From an uncultured Candidatus Saccharibacteria bacterium (GTDB taxonomy: Bacteria > Patescibacteriota > Doudnabacteria > UBA920): a stretch of 64,000 nt of DNA. Every line of letters begins with the position of its first letter. Position 1 is the stretch's first letter. The notes under the pieces are model-generated. The model was not told where the DNA came from. It did not search any database and was given only the letters and a program-made list of their open reading frames with translations. The stretch lies in assembly GCA_964436545.1 (NCBI GenBank), contig CAYTCJ010000004.1:59368-123367 (forward strand), read 5' to 3'. Below, piece after piece: positions 37,901 through 45,292 of the stretch. The translations under genes were made by a program, and so were the position numbers.

Positions 37901-40311
37901 AGAGAATATCTCCAACGTTAAGAGAAAATCCAGATGCTATTTTAGATTTTAATAGAGAGATGGATTGGTACATTTCTAATCTTGAAAATCAAAACCCAGA
38001 ATACGCAGATGAATTAAGAGAGTTAATGCAACAGCCTGATATGTTAATTCCAATGTCTAATGAATGTAAGGCTGTTGCTTGCATTCCAGTTTATGCTTTA
38101 GGTGAGGGAAAAGGTATAGAACACACTCTTGAACAGTATAGGAAACAAATTATAAATGGTTCGGTAAAATCTGATGAATTTGAGTTATTGTTATTCTTGA
38201 ACCATCCACAAGATAGACTTAAAGGTATGACTATTTTATCTGGGGCAGAAGAAAGAGTTAGAAATGGGAATCCGGAAGCGTATGACACAGCTGAGGTGAT
38301 TAGGCAGTATAAACTCAAGCATCCTGAATTAAAAATTAGAGTACTAGAAAAAGAATACGAAACCAGACCAAAGTGGGGAGTAATAATTAAATCAGTTTAT
38401 GATGTTGCTTGTTTAAGGGCTAAGTCGCGTTCCAATCCAGTAAGTAAGGATATAGTTTTACTTACAAATGATGCGGATGTGAGAGATATGTCCGATACGT
38501 ATTTAAGATTAGTCATTGATGAGTTTGATAAAAGTGATGGTAGTAAACAGATTGATGGGTTAGCTACTAGAATGGATGATGACCCCAATGTTTATAGAAA
38601 ATGGCCAAATTTCTTTTTGGCAAATCGTTTTCGTCAATTTCTTGAAGCTCAAACCAGAGCAGGCATAAGTGGTTCTGGGGAAATAAATTCATTACCTTAT
38701 AATTTCTCATCCCGTGGTTCAAAAGAAAAGTATATTAATACTTGGGGCGCCAGTACGGCTTTGAGAGGTAGTACGTATTGTGGGATAGGCGGGGCAGATT
38801 TGAGTGTAGATGCAGGGGCCGATTCTGAGTTAGGGAGAGTAATTACCAATTCCAGAAGAGGTGGTAAGAGAAAATTAGATAATGCAAATTTTCCCATAAA
38901 GTTTTTGAATTCCGCATGGCTTGAGACAGACCCTAGAAGGCCGTTGGGGATTTATAAGAAAGGTAAGCCATTAGTAGCTACTTGGAGCGAATGGGATGAA
39001 ATGAATGTTTATGGAGAGACTCTTGCAGATCAGAATGAAGGCGATTCAGAAGCTTTAGATCCGGTAAGACTTTCCAAAGAAATAAACGTCATGATGAAGT
39101 CATGGTGGGGTTTGGATGCTGATTCAATGGTTGTTAAAAAAGCATTAGGCTGGTTAGGATTAAAAGAAGGTGATTATGATATCGTGGATATTGGATATAC
39201 AGATAGGGTAGGTGTTCAAAAAACTTACAGAGGAATCAAAATTAATAATATTTCGAATTTAAAGACTGGAGTAGATGCTTGGAAAACCAAGCGGGAAAGA
39301 CTTGATGAGGCGAAAGCAAATCGTTTGAAAAAAGCTCAAGCGGTGAAAAGTATTGGACAAGCATCAACCCCTTCAAACCCAGATAATGGCAAAATATGGG
39401 ATGAAGAAACTTTTAGATTTATTGAACCTCAGCCGGAAGCGCCAATTAATCAAACCACAGAAGATGATGATTTGTGGGATGATGAAGGTAATAGGCCTGT
39501 GCCCAAAAATTTAAAATCGGGTAAGCTTCCTTCTGTGGCTAGTGAGCCTAGCAGACTGCCAGAAAGCGGTGGAAATACTAAACCGGTTGAGTCAGGGCCT
39601 GGCAGGGGAGCAAACGAGCCAGTACAATCAGCTCAAAGAGAAGCTCCGGCACCCAAAGCTGAACAAGGTAATGTGAGAGAAAGAGAATCTAGGGAAACCA
39701 AAATGATTGAGCTATTAAATGCTTTTGATGCCAATCCTTATGAATTTATTTATGACAAAGGATTAGCAAGAGTTAGCGAAGCCGGGTTTAGCACCAATAG
39801 GTTTTTAAAAGAATTAAGACTTCAACATGGTATCAGTAATGCCGATTTGGCAACCATAAAACAAAGAACTAGAGTTATGAGTCCCAAAGGTCCAATAATG
39901 GGGAAAGGCAGAGAAGTGGCGCAATATGCAAGGATGATTTTAGCCACTAAACCCGAGATGCGTGCACAATGGATAGGATTGGATGACGGAAGGTATAATA
40001 AATTTTCTAAGGAGTTGATTGTTGCGGAAGTAAAAAAAGATATTAGCCAAAAAACTTTTAATCCAGATAAGATTGTAGAGTTAGAAAGGGAATTCGCACA
40101 AGGGCCGATTTTTGTGCTGGACAGTGTTTTGTCGGCTAATCCGGCTGTGTTAAGAAAAGCTAATGAGGCTTTTAAACAGGCAATAAACAATGGCGAAGCG
40201 CAAGATAATTCAGATGATAAAGCTAGAGTTTTTAAAACTACCTTAGACGCATACCAACAAGGTTCATTAAAGCTTACCAAGCAACGAGGCAGAAAAAGCC
40301 AGAAAAAATAG
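34984..40311 (+). CDS. Giant (1776-aa) membrane-anchored protein of unknown function; possible GT-A-like central domain
   Basis: Continuous ORF. K/E-rich coiled-coil N-terminal third; two TM helices around aa 300-350 (TAAVTAAYFV ... GLVGFGVGAGATAAF). Central segment with IPVYALGEG ... LLTNDADV, reminiscent of nucleotide-sugar transferase IPVYN/DxD motifs (weak). Alternative GTG start at 34966. Confidence 0.7.
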   Translation: MSEYGRFLSPEARHEAEKPKFVFTDISDIQEGMAQDASLAQFNEKPEALEENNVSWWKKPFKKAFWKNVGKRGTSLGRSIWKQNLARDYYEVSGKKQAEAKMQASGSLFAVEKKFDPNEPGISEAEKQNRLKAQKTAHDEYVSAITRRFAGATGELAGDFVHKEHGGEAVETLGRTEAEVQIKRKLEETVRAFAGGEISEEQVLEKEKAIWAEIKGVKPEVVKKGKMYASNLLEMAKWAKEEVEKQVRQNIDHNLAVRNLQLDFDVVVGRAKSGAKTEAQFNAVENAVDKIMAKTRGLPSIIFNEATITAAVTAAYFVEKSLFTKGLYSVAGLVGFGVGAGATAAFKEGKTLEKERMQHAREMAQGRKFEESSATRRKELEKFRLKFQTAEELEQNLDAKLFNFLESGTDLRTLSPEGYKQALEAVAEIDARILEGERGVVVKKRKWLKFWKKEYKEERHSADLIGYSDPTQIAKEEGQLDMARAAAKIALKKWCLANGKTEAQFKADLQASVEAKIHGFYAGEEGIDKQNERFKEFKKKKMWQAGKKAAVWGTIFGTAIQEASAFKQDHTYGLAEHAWDAFRGNEHHLAPEETATALENAFAYGQKNINEGLDYLFPTAHAAGPNIEVQIGGSKYSLPDGFRLEDNPATANPNDKVLIDSKGVSHTLEFKADGTPTADSKKWLLDNGYKLDEIISPAGPKGIHSLDVDATKKQFPDLAHHTRIDWHDEPGKFKSAIHNMWLEFEGKQQMGYLVTRGDKVYLDCSKVIQNFVKEVSERINDPSFGQVEGYTNADGSPFVDSKMMHLKDQIQQAINNGDINRYFQAVVIPTEGANSAGLSDLVQGADSSGLIELNGKYDWSKMFIDPATGHVDPKMLHDGHLPFRFLEMRFDGHVMNTAQGAGEAGPMPFFKLTPPLDELPPTTFPPLTYVGRRKGLEETNWTPPPQRPKREPLPEIPYYGYYNSPERSEYYRQRISPTLRENPDAILDFNREMDWYISNLENQNPEYADELRELMQQPDMLIPMSNECKAVACIPVYALGEGKGIEHTLEQYRKQIINGSVKSDEFELLLFLNHPQDRLKGMTILSGAEERVRNGNPEAYDTAEVIRQYKLKHPELKIRVLEKEYETRPKWGVIIKSVYDVACLRAKSRSNPVSKDIVLLTNDADVRDMSDTYLRLVIDEFDKSDGSKQIDGLATRMDDDPNVYRKWPNFFLANRFRQFLEAQTRAGISGSGEINSLPYNFSSRGSKEKYINTWGASTALRGSTYCGIGGADLSVDAGADSELGRVITNSRRGGKRKLDNANFPIKFLNSAWLETDPRRPLGIYKKGKPLVATWSEWDEMNVYGETLADQNEGDSEALDPVRLSKEINVMMKSWWGLDADSMVVKKALGWLGLKEGDYDIVDIGYTDRVGVQKTYRGIKINNISNLKTGVDAWKTKRERLDEAKANRLKKAQAVKSIGQASTPSNPDNGKIWDEETFRFIEPQPEAPINQTTEDDDLWDDEGNRPVPKNLKSGKLPSVASEPSRLPESGGNTKPVESGPGRGANEPVQSAQREAPAPKAEQGNVRERESRETKMIELLNAFDANPYEFIYDKGLARVSEAGFSTNRFLKELRLQHGISNADLATIKQRTRVMSPKGPIMGKGREVAQYARMILATKPEMRAQWIGLDDGRYNKFSKELIVAEVKKDISQKTFNPDKIVELEREFAQGPIFVLDSVLSANPAVLRKANEAFKQAINNGEAQDNSDDKARVFKTTLDAYQQGSLKLTKQRGRKSQKK

Positions 40312-40340
40312 GAAATAAGGGAATTAATATGTTCGGTTCC

Positions 40341-40367
40341 AAACCCCCCGATATTCTCGGGGGGTTT
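40341..40367 (+). terminator. Intrinsic terminator after the giant ORF
   Basis: AAACCCCCCGATATTCTCGGGGGGTTT plus a T-run. Confidence 0.55.
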
Positions 40368-40418
40368 GGGTTTAAATTTGGCATTTTTTACTTTTGTGCT
40401 ATACTGATTTTATATAAA

Positions 40419-40586
40419 GGGTCTGTTTCCAAATGTCATTTTGTCTGCAACTGTAAAATTTTGGCTACTTGTCACAAAAAATTTTTCCGCTTATCCTACG
40501 GATAAGCATCAAAATTTATTTGTGCCAATTTGCTCTAATTTAATAGTTTCGTCTTAAAAGCACATTCGGAAACAGACCCAAAACAA
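40419..40586. repeat. About 168-bp element bounded by 18-bp inverted repeats upstream of ftsZ
   Basis: GGGTCTGTTTCCAAATGT ... ACATTCGGAAACAGACCC. Internal CTTATCC-TAC-GGATAAG hairpin. Confidence 0.4.
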
Positions 40587-40685
40587 ATATCAAAATAAAA
40601 AATCAATCGTTTGTATTTTAAGGTTAACCTTTCAACACGTTTGATTTTTTGTTTGATTTAATTTATTCTGAAATTATCAACTAAA

Positions 40686-41912
40686 ATGAAATCACAAAAT
40701 CGTATGGGAGAAGTTAAACCAAAAGTTCAAAGTTTTGCCAGAATTAAAGTTTTAGGCGTGGGCGGGAGTGGCACCAGCGCTGTTAACCGTATGAGCGAAC
40801 TCGGCATTAAAGGCGTAGAATTTATTGCCATTAATACCGATGCGCAGGCTCTGCATAATAATAATGCAGATGTAAAAGTGCATATTGGGAAAAATATTAC
40901 CAAAGGTCTAGGCAGTGGCATGAATCCGGATTTAGGTCGGCAAGCGGCGGAAGAAAGCATTGAGGAGCTGGAGGAAGTGGTAGACAATGCCGATATGGTG
41001 TTTATCACTTGCGGGCTAGGGGGCGGAACCGGCACCGGAGCTTCGCCCATTGTCGCGGAGCTCGCTAAGAATAAAGGCGTCTTAACCGTTGCAGTCGTGA
41101 CCCGTCCGTTTACTTTTGAAGGCAGTAAAAGAAAAGAAGTGGCCGATGCTGGCTATGATAATTTAAAAGATAAAGTCGATGCCATTATTGCCATCCATAA
41201 CGATAGGATCCTGCAAATTATAGACAAGAAAACTTCACTCATAGATTCGTTTAAAACCGTAGACGAAGTTTTAAGGCAAGGCATTTCCGGTATTTCGGAT
41301 TTAATTACCACACATGGTTTGGTGAATGCTGACTTTGCCGACGTGCGTGCCATTATGCAAGACGCGGGCACAGCCATGATGGGGATTGGGCGAGCGAGTG
41401 GCGAGAACCGTGCGAGCGAAGCTGCGAAGCTCGCGGTAAATTCTCCGCTGTTAGATATGTCCTTAGACGGCGCAAAAGGAGTACTCTTTAATATTACCGG
41501 CGGAAAAGATTTGGGTATGTTTGAAATTGACGAAGCCGCGAAAGTGATTACCAAAAATATTGACTCCGATGCCAAAGTTAAGTTTGGCGCGGTGATAGAT
41601 GAAAACTTAACCGATGAAATTAAGATCACGGTCATTGCCACGGGCTTTGATGGCAACAATCGTTTAAGTGGTATGTCGCCCATAAGTTTTGATGAACCCA
41701 AAAAAGGTTTTTTGGGCACAGGCAATTTTAGCGCTCAACCCCAGAGCCCTCCGCAAACTGCGGTGGAATTAAGACGACCACTTTTTAACCCTAAACCAAT
41801 TGAACCTAAACAACCCCCAGTCATTCAAACTACTCAACCGACAGAAAATTTAAATGCAGATAACGAAGACGAATTGGAAATCCCGGCGTTCATTAGAAAG
41901 AAAATGAAGTGA
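40686..41912 (+). CDS. ftsZ: Cell-division GTPase FtsZ
   Basis: Tubulin signature GGGTGTG (GLGGGTGTGASPIVAE), T7 loop, and a variable C-terminal linker with conserved tail. Confidence 0.95.
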   Translation: MKSQNRMGEVKPKVQSFARIKVLGVGGSGTSAVNRMSELGIKGVEFIAINTDAQALHNNNADVKVHIGKNITKGLGSGMNPDLGRQAAEESIEELEEVVDNADMVFITCGLGGGTGTGASPIVAELAKNKGVLTVAVVTRPFTFEGSKRKEVADAGYDNLKDKVDAIIAIHNDRILQIIDKKTSLIDSFKTVDEVLRQGISGISDLITTHGLVNADFADVRAIMQDAGTAMMGIGRASGENRASEAAKLAVNSPLLDMSLDGAKGVLFNITGGKDLGMFEIDEAAKVITKNIDSDAKVKFGAVIDENLTDEIKITVIATGFDGNNRLSGMSPISFDEPKKGFLGTGNFSAQPQSPPQTAVELRRPLFNPKPIEPKQPPVIQTTQPTENLNADNEDELEIPAFIRKKMK

Positions 41913-41980
41913 GGCGGAGAAAGTTGTAAGTTGGTAAGTGAGTAAGTTGTAAGTAGTAGAGTTCTAAGTAAACAAAGAAT

Positions 41981-42337
41981 ATGATAATTAAGTCATTTAC
42001 AGAAATTATTGCTTGGCAAAAATCTCACCAATTAGTTTTAGATGTTTATATTTTAACATCAGAGTATCCAAAACACGAGATGTTTGGTTTAGTCAGTCAG
42101 AGTCGTAGGTGTGCGGTATCTATTCCTTCTAATATTGCGGAAGGTTTTAAGAGAAAATCGCTTAACGATTCATTGCATTTTTATAATATCGCGGAAGCGT
42201 CATTAGAAGAGCTAAAGTATCAACTTTTACTCGCTAAAGATTTAAAATACGTTTCAGAATTTAAATATCAAAAAGTTTTTGAACTATGTGAGGAGGTTGG
42301 AAAGTTAATTTATGGTTGGATAAAAATTCAAAAATAA
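41981..42337 (+). CDS. Four-helix-bundle protein (TIGR02436 / '23S rRNA IVS protein' family)
   Basis: IPSNIAEGFKRKS hallmark motif. The gene is bracketed by inverted GTAAGTTG-word arrays (41915-41960 and 42340-42375). Confidence 0.7.
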   Translation: MIIKSFTEIIAWQKSHQLVLDVYILTSEYPKHEMFGLVSQSRRCAVSIPSNIAEGFKRKSLNDSLHFYNIAEASLEELKYQLLLAKDLKYVSEFKYQKVFELCEEVGKLIYGWIKIQK

Positions 42338-42728
42338 CTTACAACTTATTTACTTACAACTTACTACATTACAAATCCGCTCTTGCGGATTTTTAAAATA
42401 TGTGCTATAATATATAAAAGTGATATAAAAAGGTCGAGCGTTGATTTCGCAAACATAACGAAACAGCGAATATCCTTAGGCTAAATAACCCTTTAAATAA
42501 CAATTTGTTTAAGGGGTGAAGGAAACACAAATAAAATTAAAATTTAGATTTTAACAACAAAATTTTGTTAAAATCATAGGTGAGTAAATTGGCTTTTTTG
42601 AATTCAAAAGCGAATTTTACCCCATACCCCAAAAACTTTATTTTTTTTTGGAAGTTTGGGACCTATGTCAATCAAATACTCAGCATTAAAACTTAAGAGT
42701 TTTGGTGAGTGGGTAAACTTATAAATTT

Positions 42729-43166
42729 ATGCAAGAGTTTTTAACCGAAGAAACGCCGGGCAAGGTAATGGCTTTATTAGGAGGTACATTATTTTCTCTC
42801 GCGTTGTTATTTGCTGTGAATGTAAGCGGAGCCAGTTTAGGTGGCAGTACGGAATATGCTTTGCCCGATCCGTTTGCGCCAGCTAAAGTTGTTAAGGCCA
42901 TAGATAATTTTTCCGCTTGGTATAGTAGCGGACTGGTGGCTTTTGCCGAGCCAGCCACAGAAGCAGTGAAGGCTCATACCGAAGCCATGGCTTGGGCTAT
43001 GGACGAAGCCAGTGTGCCTTTAGTGAGAGTTTTGGGTCTGGAGAGTTTGACTGAATATGAGAGTCAACCTCAAGTAGCCGGAGTTAGCACTAAAGCAAAT
43101 TTTGGTTTTTTAGGTTTTGGGAGTTTAAGTGTGGATCATTTATATAGTTTAATGTTAGGGGAGTAG
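42729..43166 (+). CDS. Hypothetical exported protein
   Basis: N-terminal hydrophobic segment. Followed by the hairpin AAACGCCC...GGGCGTTTTT at about 43258-43300. Confidence 0.45.
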   Translation: MQEFLTEETPGKVMALLGGTLFSLALLFAVNVSGASLGGSTEYALPDPFAPAKVVKAIDNFSAWYSSGLVAFAEPATEAVKAHTEAMAWAMDEASVPLVRVLGLESLTEYESQPQVAGVSTKANFGFLGFGSLSVDHLYSLMLGE

Positions 43167-43332
43167 TTATATATTCCACAGATCACTGATCCGCCAGCTG
43201 GCGGACACGGATACACAGATATTAGTGCGATGTGAATTGGTTATTAGAAAAAAATAAATAGCAATGAAAAACGCCCTTAGAGTTCTGGTTGAACCTTTGG
43301 GCGTTTTTGCTTTTGCGGGGAATGAACTCTGG

Positions 43333-44220
43333 TTAGAGTTCGCTACCCGTGATGAGGCGGTACGCCTCACGATACTTCTCGCTGGTGCGCGCGACCACGT
43401 CGTCCGGCAGCCCCGGCGCCGGCGGTTGCTTGTTCCACCGAATCTCTTCCAAATAATCGCGAACGAACTGCTTGTCGTAGGAGGGTTGTGGACCGCCTGG
43501 CCGGTACGAATCGGCGGGCCAGAAGCGCGACGAATCGGGCGTGAGCACCTCGTCGGCGAGCACGAGTTCATCGCCCACGAATCCGAACTCGAATTTGGTG
43601 TCGGCTAGCAGAATGCCGCGCGAAGCGGCGTACTCGGAGGCTTTGCCGTAGATCCGGAGCGTGAGATCCCGCAGACGGGCTGCAGTTTCGGCGCCCGTGA
43701 TCCGCTCCACCTGCTCGAAGGGAATGTTCTCGTCGTGACCGCTTTGCGCCTTGGTGGCGGGTGTGAAGAGCGGTTGCGGGAGACGGTCGCTTTCGACCAG
43801 ACCGGCGGGGAGCGGAATCCCGCAGACCGAACCTTGGGCCTTGTACTCCTTCCAGCCGGAGCCCGCCAGATTGCCGCGCGCCACGCATTCCACGTCGATC
43901 ATCTTGGCGCGGCGGACCAGCATGGAGCGGCCCTCGAGCTGATCGCGGAACGGCTGGAGTTCCACCGGATATTCATCGACGTTCGCGGTGAGGAAGTGGT
44001 TCGGGACGACGTCGCGGAGGAAGTTGAACCAGAACATCGAGATCCGCGTCAGCACGCTGCCCTTGTCCGGGATGCCGGTCGGCAGGATGTAGTCGAACGC
44101 GGAGATGCGGTCGGTCGCGACGATGAGCAGGTCTGCGCCGACGGCGTAGTTGTCGCGGACCTTACCACGCCCGATCAAATCAATTCCGGGCAGACTTGTT
44201 TCTAAAAGGACATTACTCAT
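43333..44220 (-). CDS. purC: Phosphoribosylaminoimidazole-succinocarboxamide synthase (SAICAR synthetase), GC-rich, apparently acquired
   Basis: GKVRDNY, LLIVATDRISAFD and LADTKFEFG motifs. True start is MSNVLL with RBS AAGGAGG. About 62% GC versus about 40% host. The tracked ORF's N-terminal extension into AT-rich DNA is rejected. Confidence 0.85.
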   Translation of the reverse strand: MSNVLLETSLPGIDLIGRGKVRDNYAVGADLLIVATDRISAFDYILPTGIPDKGSVLTRISMFWFNFLRDVVPNHFLTANVDEYPVELQPFRDQLEGRSMLVRRAKMIDVECVARGNLAGSGWKEYKAQGSVCGIPLPAGLVESDRLPQPLFTPATKAQSGHDENIPFEQVERITGAETAARLRDLTLRIYGKASEYAASRGILLADTKFEFGFVGDELVLADEVLTPDSSRFWPADSYRPGGPQPSYDKQFVRDYLEEIRWNKQPPAPGLPDDVVARTSEKYREAYRLITGSEL

Positions 44221-44428
44221 TTGTAATGTCCTCCTTTCTTTTTGATTTCTCCTCCGTAGGAGATGACTTAGGATAACAAAGTAAGGGGGGATTGTAAAGG
44301 CAGAAAAGTTAATAAGTTTATAAGTAGTAAGTTGTAAGTAAAAAGCAATCAGTAAATAATTCAATTTTGTTTGGGGATAAGTGGGCGGGGGTTTTTAAAA
44401 AATTTAGGTTTTCGCGGGTTTGCACGTA

Positions 44429-44446
44429 AATACTATATGTAGTATT
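44429..44446. promoter_or_regulatory. Putative NrdR box upstream of nrdR-nrdJ
   Basis: The near-palindrome AATACTATATGTAGTATT resembles the NrdR operator consensus (acaCwAtATaTwGtgt-like). Confidence 0.4.
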
Positions 44447-44569
44447 ATCATAAAGCTTAAATCTACTATAGGTTGAATTAGGAGTTATGAGTCAAGAGTT
44501 AAGAAAATACAGATTTTTGCTAAGATTTTATTCTTAATTCATAACTCATACTTCTTAACTCTATCAAAA

Positions 44570-45016
44570 ATGCGTTGTCCTAAATGCCAATTTGCAGATA
44601 CTAAAGTTTTAGACTCCCGACCAGTGGAAGAGGGCGAGGCAATTCGGCGTCGGCGGGAATGCGAAAAATGCGGATTTAGGTTTTCTACCTATGAAGAAAT
44701 AGAAATCTTAGATTTAAACATTTTAAAAAAGGACGGTCGGAAGGAATTGTTTAGTAAGGAAAAATTAGAGCGGGCCATACGGTTGCCTTTAGCTAAACGT
44801 CCGCATACTGACGAAACCTTTAGGAAATTGCTGTCATCAATTGAGATTGAAATTCAGCAAAAGGCTAATAACGGGGAAATAAAAAGTTCGGAAATTGGGG
44901 AAATTGTAATGAAGAAATTAAAAAAGGCCGATAAGGTCGCGTATGTGCGGTTTGCAGCCGTGTATAGACAATTTGAAGATGTAGAGGAGTTTAAGGAAGA
45001 ACTCAAAAAGTTGTAA
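44570..45016 (+). CDS. nrdR: Transcriptional repressor NrdR
   Basis: MRCPKCQ ... CEKCGFRF zinc ribbon plus ATP-cone. Confidence 0.93.
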   Translation: MRCPKCQFADTKVLDSRPVEEGEAIRRRRECEKCGFRFSTYEEIEILDLNILKKDGRKELFSKEKLERAIRLPLAKRPHTDETFRKLLSSIEIEIQQKANNGEIKSSEIGEIVMKKLKKADKVAYVRFAAVYRQFEDVEEFKEELKKL

Positions 45017-45292
45017 GTTGGTAAGTTGCCTGCCTGACGGCAAGGCAGGTAAGTAGTAAGTTGGTAAGTTGTAAGTCAATCAGTAGACAGCTCATCAGCA
45101 AAGAATAAAGCAAACAGCGATTAGGTATTAGTTGTAGAAACCGGTCGGGTGTTAAGTAAGTGGTGGTAAGTCATTTAAAATCAATAAACTTATGACTATT
45201 TTCTATACCGGATTCTATAATTTTAAACTTATAACAAAACTGAATTTAAATTTATTTAAAAATTAAAAATTTGTAATTAAAAATTTTATTCT

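Noticed and set aside
29461-40311. Diversity-generating retroelement or prophage explanation for the island
   Set aside because: No reverse transcriptase, integrase, terminase, capsid or tail genes. No template/variable repeat pair with adenine-specific differences was seen.
41981-42337. The four-helix-bundle '23S IVS protein' as a marker of an rRNA intervening sequence or group I intron
   Set aside because: No rRNA sequence is present anywhere in the window. The gene is free-standing.
44221-44364. N-terminal 48-aa extension of the purC ORF (tracked start at 44364)
   Set aside because: The extension runs into AT-rich host-type sequence. A conserved MSNVLL start with an AAGGAGG RBS is present at 44220.
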